Source: an uncultured delta proteobacterium
GTDB taxonomy: Bacteria > Desulfobacterota > Binatia > DP-6
Reading direction: 5' to 3'
Length of the DNA stretch: 64,000 nt
Assembly (NCBI GenBank): GCA_963815115.1
Contig: CAWFFN010000007.1
Coordinates: 1,088,001 to 1,152,000, forward strand
In this document: positions 40,391 to 50,672 of the stretch, piece by piece
Position numbering within the stretch: the first letter of the stretch is position 1
Layout: each line of letters opens with the position of its first letter
Translations under genes and position numbers: made by a program
The notes under the pieces: model-generated
The model's database searches: none
The model's input: the letters and a program-made list of their open reading frames with translations, nothing else
Told to the model about the DNA's origin: nothing

Positions 40391-42169
40391 TCATCCCCTG
40401 CGCAGGCGGTAGACCCGCTTGCGCGGAAAGGCGGTACCCCAGATATCGCCCGTCACGCGGTTGACCGCGATGCCGTCGAGTCCATCCTCGTGCTGGATTC
40501 CCGGCATGAGCGTGGTCGGCGGCAGCTCGACCACCTGACTGCGGTCGGCCTTCAGGTAGGCGAAGCCGGCGAATCGGCCGGGCTGGGCCGCCTTGATCTG
40601 TCCGAACCAGACGTTGCCGGCCGCATCGTAGTCGAGGTTCTGCACCTTGTCCCCGGAAAGCTCCGCATACGGCGCCACCCACATGCGGATGCAGGGATTC
40701 TGGTTCGTCTGTGGATCGAGCGCGGTGCACGACTGCTGCTGAAGCACCGATTTGTCGAAGCGTCCGATGCCGGGAAAGATGTACACCGTGAAGATCGGGT
40801 TCCCGTCCGGCGGTATCATGACGTCCCAGGGCAGCTCTCCCGTGAAGAGACCCGGGTTCGCGCCGGCCGCAGAGGGCAACGGATAGTACGTCACGGAGCC
40901 CGTCCCCGGGTTCAAGCGCCCGATGCTGTTGCCGTTCTCATACGGCATGAACCAGATCGACCCGTCGGGATCCGCCTGGAGGTGTCCCATGAGGCGGGGA
41001 GTTCCGCCGTCGGGCATCTGGGGCAGCGGATACTCGTGGACGCACTGGGAGTCGTCCACGACGCCCGGCGGACAGATGAGTGCGTTCGCGTCGCTGGTGT
41101 AGTCGTTGAAGGTGCCGTCGCTGCAGATCAGGTTGCCGTTGGGGAGGTTGCAGATGGCGGTGGGATCGAAGCTCACGATCTTCGACGGCTCGTTGACGTC
41201 GGAGGTCACGAAGGTCTGGGTCGTCCGATCGAAATAGGTCTCGTTGTCGTGACGGGTGGTCATGGTCCAGACCCGGCGGATCGTGCTGGTGTTCGGAACG
41301 TACTGGAACGCCACCCCGTTCAGGCCGTGGTTGTCGTGCGGCAGGGTGTACGCGCGCCATGTGCTCGTGGCCGGGTCGTACCTGGTGAGGCGGGAACGAT
41401 TCGGGACGCCCGTCGCCTGGCGCGATTGGGGCGGCCCCGATTCGGGAATCCAGACTCCGCCCTGCTTGTCGATGCCGATCGCCTCGCCGCCGGAGCTGAC
41501 GTTGGTGCGGCGCTGCGCGATGGGGAACGGGCAGTTCTGGGTGCAGAGCGCTTCATCGACGGCGAACGGCGGCCCGCAACGCGCCGGATCGGACGTCGGC
41601 GTGCACGCAGGTGGTCTCGGCGAGAGCAGGGCCTGGACCGGATTCGGCAGCGAGGGATCGACCCACTTGAGGGCGAGATGGTACTCGGAGTTGATCCACA
41701 GTCGGCCCTGGGGATCCGCCGCGATGTGGAGGGGACCGGCTGCCGGGTCGGTTGGATTGCTCGACAGGTCGAACCAGTCGAGCTTGTAGACCTGGTCGAT
41801 CGGCTTCGTGACCGAGCCTTCCGCCGTCGTCACCGTCACGCTCCCCGACGTGATCGTCCGCGCGGCCTGGACCAGGATGCGCGTGCTCTGCCAGGCTTTG
41901 ATCTCGGGCGCGGCCGAAGGGTACGTGACGCCGGCGACCTGCACCGAGGGCGGCCCCGACACGGTCGGCGAGCCGAGGTTCTGGCCCGTGAGCTCGACCA
42001 GCGTGATCGGCGTCGTGCCCGCCGGGACGCTGGCCAGATACATGGCGAACACCGGCCCGGTGATCGAGGGCGGCGCCGCCAGCGCACCGCGCGAAGGGGC
42101 GATGACGGCGGACGCCGCGAGGACCGAGCACAGCGCGAGTCGGAGTCGGGTACCCACACTAGCCATCAT
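40391..42169 (-). CDS. Secreted Vgb-like beta-propeller protein with N-terminal IPT/TIG domain (paralog 1)
   Basis: Signal peptide; LTGQNLG; repeats DPQGRLWI, DKQGGVWIPE, DPDGSIWF, DAAGNVWF. Confidence 0.8.
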   Translation of the reverse strand: MMASVGTRLRLALCSVLAASAVIAPSRGALAAPPSITGPVFAMYLASVPAGTTPITLVELTGQNLGSPTVSGPPSVQVAGVTYPSAAPEIKAWQSTRILVQAARTITSGSVTVTTAEGSVTKPIDQVYKLDWFDLSSNPTDPAAGPLHIAADPQGRLWINSEYHLALKWVDPSLPNPVQALLSPRPPACTPTSDPARCGPPFAVDEALCTQNCPFPIAQRRTNVSSGGEAIGIDKQGGVWIPESGPPQSRQATGVPNRSRLTRYDPATSTWRAYTLPHDNHGLNGVAFQYVPNTSTIRRVWTMTTRHDNETYFDRTTQTFVTSDVNEPSKIVSFDPTAICNLPNGNLICSDGTFNDYTSDANALICPPGVVDDSQCVHEYPLPQMPDGGTPRLMGHLQADPDGSIWFMPYENGNSIGRLNPGTGSVTYYPLPSAAGANPGLFTGELPWDVMIPPDGNPIFTVYIFPGIGRFDKSVLQQQSCTALDPQTNQNPCIRMWVAPYAELSGDKVQNLDYDAAGNVWFGQIKAAQPGRFAGFAYLKADRSQVVELPPTTLMPGIQHEDGLDGIAVNRVTGDIWGTAFPRKRVYRLRRG

Positions 42170-42329
42170 CGTTCTCCGGTTGAAGACGCGTCGAGACTAC
42201 TTAGTCAGCTCAGTCCTCCCGTTAGGGCGTTGCGTGTTCGACGTCAAGAAAAATCTGAGGCTGTGGCGGGAGTAGATGCCGCGCAGCGAGTTCGCGCGGC
42301 GAGGCGCATCGCACGCGCTGCGACCCGGC

Positions 42330-42962
42330 TCAACGCACGAGCTTGTCTTGCGCCAGCGCGGAGGACATTGCACGCGCCCGCCACGCCGTCGCCCCCCGGA
42401 TGAGGAGAAGCGTGGCGAGCACCACGGCGTACGTCACCGGCTCCCGTATGTCCTTCTTCGCGCGCCACGTGAAGTGAATCACCCCCAGGAGCGGCGCCAC
42501 GTAGGCCAGACGATGGAGCCGCTTCCAGCGCGCGTAGCCGAGCCGCTTGAGCGCCCCGCTGGTCGACGTGGCCGCGAGGGGGATCAGCAGGACAAAGGCC
42601 GTGAACCCCACGAAGATGAACCTGCGCTTCGTGACGTCCTCCCAGATGGCGTGCCAGTCGAGCACCTGGTCGAGTCCCGCATACGTGCTCACGTGCAGCA
42701 CGGCGTAGAAGAAGCCGAAGAGTCCGAGCATCCGCCTCAGGCGAATCGGCCAGGTCCAGCCGAAGAGCGTCTTGAGCGGCGTGCAGGCGAGCGCGGCGAC
42801 GAGAAAGACGAGCGCGACGAGGCCGAGCTGGTTGAGCGCCTGGGCGATCGGGTTCGCACCCAGCTCTCCGTGCGCGGCGCGCCACACGATCGCGGCAAGC
42901 GGCACCAGCGCACCGACGAAGACGCCCGGCTTGAGCCACGGCAGCGGCCGCGCGCGCGGCAT
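42330..42962 (-). CDS. msrQ: Methionine sulfoxide reductase heme-binding subunit MsrQ
   Basis: LACTPL...RRMLGLFGFFYAVLH...PLAATS...WKRLHRLAY...IHFTW. Confidence 0.93.
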   Translation of the reverse strand: MPRARPLPWLKPGVFVGALVPLAAIVWRAAHGELGANPIAQALNQLGLVALVFLVAALACTPLKTLFGWTWPIRLRRMLGLFGFFYAVLHVSTYAGLDQVLDWHAIWEDVTKRRFIFVGFTAFVLLIPLAATSTSGALKRLGYARWKRLHRLAYVAPLLGVIHFTWRAKKDIREPVTYAVVLATLLLIRGATAWRARAMSSALAQDKLVR

Positions 42963-42964
42963 GG

Positions 42965-43963
42965 CTAGAAGTCCACCCGCAGGTCCATGCCGGCATAGAG
43001 GTCGGCCACCTGCTCGGCGTAGCCGTTGAAGGGAAGCGTCGGCCGCCTCCGGAGCTCGCCGATCCGGCGCTCGGTCGCCTGGCTCCAGCGCGGATGGTCG
43101 ACCGCGGGATTCACGTTGGCGTAGAAGCCGTACTCCCGGGGTGCCGCGAGGTTCCACGTCGTCGGCGGTTGCGTCTCCACGAGGCGGATCTTCACGATCG
43201 ACTTGATCCCCTTGAATCCGTACTTCCACGGCACGACGAGGCGCAGGGGCGCGCCGTTCTGGTTGGGGAGCGTCTTGCCGTACAGCCCCGCCACCAGGAT
43301 GGTGAGCGGGTGCATCGCCTCGTCGAGGCGCAGCCCCTCGACGTACGGCCAGTCGAGCACCCGGCGGCGCTGCTCGGGCATCTGCTCGGGGTCGAACAGG
43401 GTGGTGAACGCCACGTATCTGGCGCGCGACGTGGGCTCGACCCGCCGCAGCAGGTCGCCGAGCGGAAACCCGAGCCAGGGGATCACCATCGACCACGCCT
43501 CGACGCATCGCATCCGATAGACGCGCTCCTCGAGCGGGAACCACCCGAGCAGCGTATCGATGTCGATCACCTGCGGCCGATTCACCTCGCCCTCGACGGC
43601 GATCGTCCAGGGCCGCGTTCGCAGCGTGCCGGCTCTCTCCGCGGGATCGCTCTTGTCGTCTCCGAACTCGTAGAAGTTGTTGTAGGTGGTGACGTCGCGG
43701 AACGGCGTCTGCGGCTCGTCGGTGCCGTAGGGCCCGCGGCGTGCGACCTCCAGCGCCGGATGACCGGAATCCGGCCCGCCGTCGGCGACGGGCGGCTTCG
43801 GCTCCGCCCTGCCCCCCTGCATCAGCCAGAGCAATCCGCTGCCGACGCCCGCGCTGGTTGCCGTGAACAGCGCGGCGTTGCGGATGAATTCGCGGCGCCG
43901 GAGGTACAGCGCCTCGGGCGTGATCCCGGAGGTCCCAGGATGACCTCGCCCGAGGCGGCTCAT
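42965..43963 (-). CDS. msrP: Methionine sulfoxide reductase catalytic subunit MsrP
   Basis: Tat motif RRREFI; YNNFYEFG; [15 protein letters not shown]; [14 protein letters not shown]. Confidence 0.97.
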   Translation of the reverse strand: MSRLGRGHPGTSGITPEALYLRRREFIRNAALFTATSAGVGSGLLWLMQGGRAEPKPPVADGGPDSGHPALEVARRGPYGTDEPQTPFRDVTTYNNFYEFGDDKSDPAERAGTLRTRPWTIAVEGEVNRPQVIDIDTLLGWFPLEERVYRMRCVEAWSMVIPWLGFPLGDLLRRVEPTSRARYVAFTTLFDPEQMPEQRRRVLDWPYVEGLRLDEAMHPLTILVAGLYGKTLPNQNGAPLRLVVPWKYGFKGIKSIVKIRLVETQPPTTWNLAAPREYGFYANVNPAVDHPRWSQATERRIGELRRRPTLPFNGYAEQVADLYAGMDLRVDF

Positions 43964-44033
43964 GGCGCAATCTTCGTGCTCGGACGCCGCCGGTCAAGCG
44001 AGGGCCGTTTCGCTGCGGCCTGGAGCAGGTCGG

Positions 44034-44717
44034 CTAGCTCGAGCCCGGACGCACGTCGGCGAAGCAGAAGCCGTCGCGTCTCGACCGCTCGCCCACCTCG
44101 ACCGCGATGGGCGAGACGAACATCGGACCGGCGAAGCAGAAGGTGTGGAACTCGCCTCGCTCTCCGCACGGATCGACGCCCGGCGGCAGCGTCGCGAGCA
44201 GACCGTCGTCGAACATCTCTCCCGCGAAGGCCTCCGGCAGCTGCCTGGGATCGACGCAGGTGAGGACCGCTCGCAGGCCGCCCGCGATCATGGTGCGCGC
44301 GAGCGCCGGGGTGTCACGTCCCGCGTCCCAGAGGGGGAAGAGGGGCTCGAGGCCCGTCCCCCGCAGCCGCTCCTCCCGATAGGCCCGGATGTCCGCGAGG
44401 AAGAGGTCGCCGAACGCGACGTGCGTCACGCCCTCCGATCTCGCGCGCGCCAGCGTCACTCTCATGCGCGCCTCGTACTCGGCGTTCGCGCACGGCCAGG
44501 GCAGGAGCACGGGCCACAGGGGCAGGCCCGTCGCCCGGGCCTGCGCGTCCACGAGCTGCCGGCGGACGGCGTGCATCGCGACCCGGTCGGCCGCTTCGTC
44601 GAACGTGGTCAGGAGCCCGACCACCTCGACGTCGTCCTGCCGACGGAGCTGATGGAGCGCCCAGGCGCCGTCCTTGCCGGAGCTCCACGACAGGAGAACG
44701 CGGCGGGTCACGTGCAC
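44034..44717 (-). CDS. Diphthine-ammonia ligase-like PP-loop ATPase (ATP_bind_4/DUF71)
   Basis: SWSSGKDG, FGDLFLADIRAYRE, DPCGERGEFHTF. Confidence 0.88.
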   Translation of the reverse strand: MHVTRRVLLSWSSGKDGAWALHQLRRQDDVEVVGLLTTFDEAADRVAMHAVRRQLVDAQARATGLPLWPVLLPWPCANAEYEARMRVTLARARSEGVTHVAFGDLFLADIRAYREERLRGTGLEPLFPLWDAGRDTPALARTMIAGGLRAVLTCVDPRQLPEAFAGEMFDDGLLATLPPGVDPCGERGEFHTFCFAGPMFVSPIAVEVGERSRRDGFCFADVRPGSS

Positions 44718-44783
44718 GAGGTGTGGCGGGACTCTAGCGCCAGGGTACGAGCGCGCACGAGGATCGCGTGCGGGCTTCTGCCG

Positions 44784-46079
44784 TCACTTGCACGTGACTT
44801 TCCCCTTCCCGGCCTGCGCCACGCACTCACTCGTCGTGAACGCGGTCTCGCCGCATCGGCCGGCTGCGCCGTCGACCACCAGACGGCCACGCAACGGGAG
44901 CGCCGGTGTCGTGGGGAACGCCGCGCCCTTCGCCGTCACGGTGATCTTGAGCGTGCCAGGCGTCTTGCCGACGAGCTTCACCTTGGTGAGGCCGGCGATC
45001 GTGCCCTGCCACGTCCACGTCGTCCCCTTCACCTTCCAGCCCGTCTTCGTGGGCTTGTCGTACGCGCCGCTCGGCACCGTGGCATCGAGCAACGTCGTGG
45101 ACGCGTCGGCAACCAGCACGCGGACGCCGGTGGCGAGGGGATCGGGCATCGCACCGGCGAGGGGAGCCAGCGTGCCATTCCAGGTGAGCCCGTCGTCGCC
45201 CGGCGGGGTCCGGAGCCTCATCAGGGCGAGCTTTCCGTCCTGCACCGTGGCCGCGCATCCGCCGCTCGCATTCTCGCACACGTCGCCCACCCCGTTGCCG
45301 TCCGCGTCCCGCTGCTGGGGATCGAAGACCGCCGGGCAATCGTCGGCCGCGTCCGGGTAGCCGTCCCCGTCCGCATCGGGTGCCCCCGTCCGCTCGACGG
45401 AGTGCACCGCCGCCAGGGCATCGAGGTCGAAGCCGGACAGACCCGCCAGCCCCGGGATGCTGGTCGGCGACGCCGTGAGACGCACGTATCGTGCCGCCAG
45501 GAGCCCGGCGCCGGCGAGATCGAAGGCGTCGCCTCCCGCGCCCGCCGGGGCCACGAAGTCGCCCACCGGCACGCCGACCAGGTCGGCGATCGGCGTCGTC
45601 GAGGGAACGAGCGGCGACGGTGCCCCCGGGTCATCGGCATCGGCGAGCACCGGGTACACGCCGGCACATCCCACGTAGTACGGGCCCTCCGTCAGCGCGC
45701 ACGGCAGGGTGTGCCAGTCGACGCCGTCGCCGCTCACCTCCACGACGGCCGGCTCGGCGAACGGCGCGAGCGTCGTCAGGCCGGTCGGCAGGAAGGCGTT
45801 CTCGAACACCAGCAGGTCCGGACCCGGCCGGTCGACGATCACGTTGTCGTCGAACGCCAGGGTGATCGTCCCGCCGAGCCCGAGCGAGAACGTGTCGGTG
45901 CCCCCCTGGAACGCGCCCCCGCCGCGCGGTGGTCCGAGCACGATCGCGGGAAGGCCGCTCTCACCGGCGCCGCCGCCGGTACCGACGACATGCGCCACGA
46001 CGCGGTCCGCGAACGGCTCCGCACCGACCTGCATCACCGTTCCGATGACGGCGATGGCGCACAGCATGAGACGACGCAT
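44784..46079 (-). CDS. Secreted cell-surface protein under cobalamin riboswitch control
   Basis: Signal peptide; FADRVV...VLGPPRGGG...SLGLGG...DLLVFENAF...FDL; TSP3-like DADGDGYPDAADDCP repeat. Confidence 0.8.
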   Translation of the reverse strand: MRRLMLCAIAVIGTVMQVGAEPFADRVVAHVVGTGGGAGESGLPAIVLGPPRGGGAFQGGTDTFSLGLGGTITLAFDDNVIVDRPGPDLLVFENAFLPTGLTTLAPFAEPAVVEVSGDGVDWHTLPCALTEGPYYVGCAGVYPVLADADDPGAPSPLVPSTTPIADLVGVPVGDFVAPAGAGGDAFDLAGAGLLAARYVRLTASPTSIPGLAGLSGFDLDALAAVHSVERTGAPDADGDGYPDAADDCPAVFDPQQRDADGNGVGDVCENASGGCAATVQDGKLALMRLRTPPGDDGLTWNGTLAPLAGAMPDPLATGVRVLVADASTTLLDATVPSGAYDKPTKTGWKVKGTTWTWQGTIAGLTKVKLVGKTPGTLKITVTAKGAAFPTTPALPLRGRLVVDGAAGRCGETAFTTSECVAQAGKGKVTCK

Positions 46080-46243
46080 GGCTCCTCCTCCTCGCGACAG
46101 GGCCCGTGGATGTGGCGTCGGCGTCGTGATGGTCTCCCCGTCTTCCGGGGAGACGGACACGCGCACGCGGCGGCCACGCTCGCGACCGGCCTGCCCGTGA
46201 CCCAGCCCCTTCCCCGCGGAAGGCGTTCCTGCTGGCTCCAGGT

Positions 46244-46380
46244 GGGCAGGTCTTCTGGCTCGGGGATCGTCCTCCCCCGGTCCCTTCCCGCCTCTGCGCG
46301 GCAGTGGTCGCGACCGGGTTCGTCTCCCCTCACAGCTGCGGGGCAGCGAGGGCTTCGCACCCTCTTCCCCAACCCGCCTG
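46244..46380 (-). ncRNA. Cobalamin riboswitch
   Basis: Minus strand GGGAAGAGGGTGCGAAGCCCTCGCTGCCCCGCAGCTGTGA...ACCACTG...GGGAAG...GAGCCAGAAGACCTGCC (B12 box). Confidence 0.92.
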
Positions 46381-46390
46381 GGTCGGCGGA

Positions 46391-46419
46391 CACATACGTT
46401 CGCCGCCATGGGCTGTCAA
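46391..46419 (-). promoter_or_regulatory. Sigma70 promoter of the riboswitch operon
   Basis: TTGACA-N17-TATGTG immediately upstream of the riboswitch. Confidence 0.6.
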
Positions 46420-46494
46420 TTCCCGCGTCACCGGATCGGCGAAGTACGAGGACCAGTCTTGACAGAGCGCCGGATCGCGTGTGAAACGGCACGC

Positions 46495-46584
46495 GTGAGT
46501 TCGCGACCCACAGCGCTCGGCTGTCGCTGTATCCAGGCCCGGGACGGCTCCCGCGCTCGCGGTCGCGCCCTGCTCGCCAGCTGA
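46495..46584 (+). CDS. Candidate 29 aa leader peptide with Cys-Arg-Cys
   Basis: GTG start close to the predicted TSS of TTGACA (46459); two TGT codons; precedes a terminator and cysteine dioxygenase. Confidence 0.35.
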   Translation: MSSRPTALGCRCIQARDGSRARGRALLAS

Positions 46585-46616
46585 GCCATCAGCGGCGGCT
46601 CCACGCGTCGATCATG

Positions 46617-46650
46617 AAGGCCCGGGAGGCAACCTCCCGGGCCTTTTTTT
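46617..46650 (+). terminator. Intrinsic terminator in the leader of the cysteine dioxygenase operon
   Basis: AAGGCCCGGGAGG-CAA-CCTCCCGGGCC followed by a T7 run. Confidence 0.85.
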
Positions 46651-46740
46651 GTTGCCCATTGCTCGACGCTTCCGGAGGACCTTCTCGATGGCTCATGCGA
46701 TTCTTCGTTCTGGCGCGACCGCGCCGTTGCAGCCAGGCCG

Positions 46741-47259
46741 ATGAGCGCGCTGATCGCACCGGTCGCGCGTGCCGCCGACGACTGCACGCGCGCTCCGCGC
46801 CTCGTCGCCCCCGACGATCTGGCCGGCGTGGTGGCGCGCTACGCGTCTGCCGGAGAGCGCTGGCGGCCCTATGTCCGTCACGATCCCCTCAGGCGCTGGT
46901 ACGTGCGGCTCGCCTGGACACCCGAGCACGAGGTCTGGCTCTTGTGCTGGGAGCTGGGACAGGCGATCGACCTGCACGATCACGACAAGTCGGCCGGCGC
47001 GTTCGTGGTCACCGGAGGCGTGCTGCGCGAGGAGTACGTCGCCGGCAGGGCGCTGCGTCAGATCCGGCTGCGTCCGGGTGTCGTGCGGCGGTTCGCCGCC
47101 GGCCACGTGCACACGGTGTGGAACCCCGGGCCCGGTGCCGCGACGAGCATCCACGCCTACTCGCCGCCGCTCCACTCGATGACCTTCTACAGCCGCGACC
47201 TTGGGGCGGGCCTGCGGCCGACGCACGTCGAGCTGGTGCCGAAGACGGCGGTGCCGTGA
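46741..47259 (+). CDS. Cysteine dioxygenase family (cupin) protein
   Basis: EVWLLCW...LHDHDKSAGA...GHVHTV...SIHAYSPPL. Confidence 0.9.
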   Translation: MSALIAPVARAADDCTRAPRLVAPDDLAGVVARYASAGERWRPYVRHDPLRRWYVRLAWTPEHEVWLLCWELGQAIDLHDHDKSAGAFVVTGGVLREEYVAGRALRQIRLRPGVVRRFAAGHVHTVWNPGPGAATSIHAYSPPLHSMTFYSRDLGAGLRPTHVELVPKTAVP

Positions 47260-47690
47260 TGGCACGCGTCGGACGCTCGATCGACGAGGTGCTTGCCGAC
47301 GCCCGATCCCGCCTGCGCCGGCTGGGCCCGCGGGCGGCCGCCACGGCGCAGGCCGCCGGCGCCCTGCTCATCGACATCCGGCCGGTCGAAGTCCGATGTC
47401 GCGACGGCGAGGTGCCCGGCGCACTGATCATGGATCGCAACGTGCTCGAGTGGCGCCTCGATCCCACCAGCGCGCACCGACTGCCGGCGATCTCGGGTCA
47501 CGAGCAGACGATCGTTCTCCTCTGCACCGAGGGCTACGCCTCGAGCCTCGCGGCGGCGGCGCTCCAGGACCTGGGCCTCACCAACGCGACCGATCTCGAG
47601 GGTGGGTTCGCCGCCTGGGCCGCGGCCGGCCTGCCGGTGCAGCACGCGTGCGATGAATCTCCAAGATCCCTCGCCAGGACACCCGGTTGA
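47259..47690 (+). CDS. Rhodanese-like sulfurtransferase
   Basis: LIDIRP...RNVLEWRLDP...CTEGYASSLAA...DLEGGFAAW; TGATG coupling. Confidence 0.92.
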   Translation: MARVGRSIDEVLADARSRLRRLGPRAAATAQAAGALLIDIRPVEVRCRDGEVPGALIMDRNVLEWRLDPTSAHRLPAISGHEQTIVLLCTEGYASSLAAAALQDLGLTNATDLEGGFAAWAAAGLPVQHACDESPRSLARTPG

Positions 47691-48889
47691 AAGATCCCTT
47701 CAATCCAACGATTGCTAGGCCCGTGAAGCATACCTGGCACCGACGAGGCTACCTTCAGCTCTTCGTGGGGGGCGCCGTCCTGACGGGGATGGTCGCGATG
47801 GCACTCTGCCCGCGCCGTGCGGTCGCAGACGACGAGGCCACCGTCCAGGTGACGGGCCCGCCGAGCGATCCGGGGGGAACCTCGGCCTTCCCGGTGCCGC
47901 GCCCCGACGCGACGAACGGAGCGTCTCTGCTCACGCCCGGCACGGGCGAGCTTTCCATGCACGGCCTGCTCGGCTTCGGTGTCGATCCCGCGCTCATCGG
48001 CAGCAACGGGTCGAGCGCGCTCGCGCACGCCGTCTCGCGCAACGATGAGCCGATCGCCCGCCTCGTTCTCGAGGGAGGTGCGAATCCGGACGAGCCCGAC
48101 CGGGTTCTTCTCGAGCAGGCCGTTCGCGGGGGAACCAAGGAGATGGTGGCGCTCCTCCTGCAGCACGGCGCCGACCCCGGCACGCTGTCGGGCGAGGGTC
48201 AGCCGCTGCTGGCGCTCGCGGTGGCGCTGGGACGTACCGACATCACGACGGCGCTCCTCGACGGCGGTGCCGACGTGGACACGCCGGTGACGTCGCCGGT
48301 CTCCGAGGAGTTCCTCCAGCTCGTGCCCGGAAAGTACGCTCGCTTCTATCTCACCAAGGACCGCGGCCTCACTCCGTTGATGATCGCCGTGCTTCGCAGT
48401 GACCTCGAGCTGGCCCGGATGCTGGTCGCACGCGGCGCCTCGCTCGGGCCGACTCGCGGCCAAGTGAAGTACCCGCTCGGCATGGCAGCCGATCGACGCG
48501 ACGTCCCGATGATGCAGATGCTCCTGGGTCGGGATCCAAAGGAAGCCGCCCGGACCCGGCGGATCGTCATCTCGCTGCGCGACCAGCAGGCCACGCTCTA
48601 CGAGCACGACGAGCCCACGTTCAAAACCCGGGTCTCGACGGGACGGAAGGGCTTTCCCACGCCCCGCGGGGAATACGTGATCACCGACAAGCGTCGGATT
48701 TGGGAATCCACGCTCTATGACGCGGAGATGCCCTTCTTCATGCGACTCTCCGGATCGGACATCGGCCTCCACCAGGGCGTCGTACCCCGTGGGCCTGCCT
48801 CGCATGGCTGCATACGCCTTCCCGCCGCCGCCGCGCGGACGCTCTACGCGCGCATGCGTCCCGGCGACCCGGTCACCATCGCGCCCTGA
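47687..48889 (+). CDS. Ankyrin-repeat L,D-transpeptidase (YkuD); true start may be ~47789
   Basis: Ankyrin repeats (LLQHGADP, LLDGGADVD, GLTPLMIA); VSTG...TPRG...IGLH...SHGCIRL. Confidence 0.88.
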   Translation: MKDPFNPTIARPVKHTWHRRGYLQLFVGGAVLTGMVAMALCPRRAVADDEATVQVTGPPSDPGGTSAFPVPRPDATNGASLLTPGTGELSMHGLLGFGVDPALIGSNGSSALAHAVSRNDEPIARLVLEGGANPDEPDRVLLEQAVRGGTKEMVALLLQHGADPGTLSGEGQPLLALAVALGRTDITTALLDGGADVDTPVTSPVSEEFLQLVPGKYARFYLTKDRGLTPLMIAVLRSDLELARMLVARGASLGPTRGQVKYPLGMAADRRDVPMMQMLLGRDPKEAARTRRIVISLRDQQATLYEHDEPTFKTRVSTGRKGFPTPRGEYVITDKRRIWESTLYDAEMPFFMRLSGSDIGLHQGVVPRGPASHGCIRLPAAAARTLYARMRPGDPVTIAP

Positions 48890-48943
48890 CCCTCCACCGA
48901 AATCGCGTTGCCCGCGTAGTCGGATGAGGATATCTCCCGACCG

Positions 48944-50533
48944 TTGGACCTCGAGGCGCTCCAGGCGGTAGCGCTCGCCATGGCGGGCGAACGCTCGGTC
49001 GACGCCGTGCTCGCACGCATCGTCAAGGGTCTCGCCGGACATCCCGACGTCGCGCTCGCCCGGGTCTGGCTCCTGCGTCCGGGAGACATCTGCGGGACCT
49101 GCTCCATGCGCCCGATCTGTCCCGACCAGTTCCGCTGCCTCCACCTGGTCGCGAGCGCGGGCACGCCGGGCGCATCTCCGGGCGAAGACTGGTCCCGCGT
49201 CGACGGGAACTTCCGCCGGTTCCCGCTCGGGGTCTTCAAGGTCGGCCGGGTCGGCGCGTCCGGCTCTGCCCTCCTCTTGAACGACCCGTCCGCCGACGCC
49301 TGGGCGCGTCCGGAGTGGATCAGGCGGGAGGGTATCAGGAGCTTCGCCGGACAGCCGCTGGTCTTCCGTGGCGAGATGCTGGGTGTTCTCGCCGTCTTCC
49401 GGCGGACGTCGATGCGCGAGGACGAGTTCCGGTGGCTCCGGACCTTCGCCGACCACGCGGCGGTCGCCATTGCCAACGGACGCGCTTTCGTCGAGATCGA
49501 GCACCTTCGCCACCAGCTCGAGGCCGAGAACGCCTATTTGAGGGAAGAGGTCGATACGGCACTCGCGTTCGGCAGCATCGTCGGGCAGAGCAGCGCGCTC
49601 CGCCAGGTCACATCGCGGCTCGAGCTCGTGGCGCGGACCGACGCGACGGTCCTGATTCTCGGCGAATCGGGTACCGGGAAGGAGCTCGTGGCGCGGGAGA
49701 TCCACGAGCGGAGTCGGCGGGCCAGTCGCCCGCTCATCAAGGTCAACTGCAGCGCGCTGCCCCCGGGCATGTTCGAGAGCGAGTTCTTCGGTCATGTGCG
49801 CGGCGCCTTCACCGGCGCGTTGCGCGACCGGCCCGGGCGCTTCCACCTGGCAGACCGGGGCACCATCCTGCTCGACGAGGTCGGCGACCTCCCGCTGGAG
49901 CTGCAACCGAAGCTGCTGCGCGTGCTCCAGGAAGGGCAGTACGAGCGCGTGGGCGAGGATACCTCGCGCCAGGTCGACGTGCGCGTCCTCGCGGCCACGA
50001 ATCGGGATCTGGAGGCCGAGGTCCGTGCGGGGCGGTTCCGCGAGGACCTCTACTATCGCCTGAGCGTCTTTCCGGTGGAGCTGCCACCACTCCGGGAGCG
50101 GAAGGACGACATCCCGATGCTCGCAGCCCACTTCGTCGCCATCGCGGCGCGGCGGCTCGGGGTCGAGGAACCGGCCGTCACCATCGCGGAGTGCGAGGAG
50201 CTCACGCGCTACGACTGGCCCGGAAACATCCGGGAGCTGCAGAACGTCATCGAACGTGCCGTGATCCTGTCCGACGGCAGACGCTTGCGCCTCGATCTGA
50301 TATCGCTCGATCATGGACCGAGCGAGACGCTGGCCACCCCGACAGCGTCCGACGAGGTCGTGCCCGAGCGGGAGTGGCGGCGGCGGGAGCGGGCCAACGT
50401 TCTCGCCGCCCTCAAGCGAGCCGGCGGCCGGGTTCACGGCGAGGGCGGCGCTGCGGAGCTCCTCGGCATCAGACCGTCCACCCTCCAGTCCCGCCTGAAA
50501 GCCCTCGGGATCAGCCCGCGCGATGGTGCGTAA
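48944..50533 (+). CDS. GAF-domain sigma54-dependent transcriptional activator
   Basis: [34 protein letters not shown]-terminal HTH. Confidence 0.95.
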   Translation: MDLEALQAVALAMAGERSVDAVLARIVKGLAGHPDVALARVWLLRPGDICGTCSMRPICPDQFRCLHLVASAGTPGASPGEDWSRVDGNFRRFPLGVFKVGRVGASGSALLLNDPSADAWARPEWIRREGIRSFAGQPLVFRGEMLGVLAVFRRTSMREDEFRWLRTFADHAAVAIANGRAFVEIEHLRHQLEAENAYLREEVDTALAFGSIVGQSSALRQVTSRLELVARTDATVLILGESGTGKELVAREIHERSRRASRPLIKVNCSALPPGMFESEFFGHVRGAFTGALRDRPGRFHLADRGTILLDEVGDLPLELQPKLLRVLQEGQYERVGEDTSRQVDVRVLAATNRDLEAEVRAGRFREDLYYRLSVFPVELPPLRERKDDIPMLAAHFVAIAARRLGVEEPAVTIAECEELTRYDWPGNIRELQNVIERAVILSDGRRLRLDLISLDHGPSETLATPTASDEVVPEREWRRRERANVLAALKRAGGRVHGEGGAAELLGIRPSTLQSRLKALGISPRDGA

Positions 50534-50672
50534 CCCGGTACCGAGCGCCCCCACCCATCCCGCCGTCCGCCCCACCGTCCGCAAAGATTCTGGCTTGACT
50601 CGATGCGGCGGGCGGGACGAGATTGCGCCGATCATCACAGGCACAGGCCCGTCTCAGGGGGGGATGACTTCA

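Noticed and set aside
46495-46650. SAM-I or T-box riboswitch
   Set aside because: Conserved SAM-I core and T-box motif not found; GGCAACC occurs only as the terminator loop
47735-47750. Sigma54 promoter TGGCAC-N5-AGGC
   Set aside because: GG-N10-GC spacing fits but the -12 element deviates from TTGC; too weak to list as a feature
50591-50630. Sigma54 promoter for the secreted Cys-rich gene
   Set aside because: Candidate GG...GC spacings are 9, 11 or 12 nt, not the required 10
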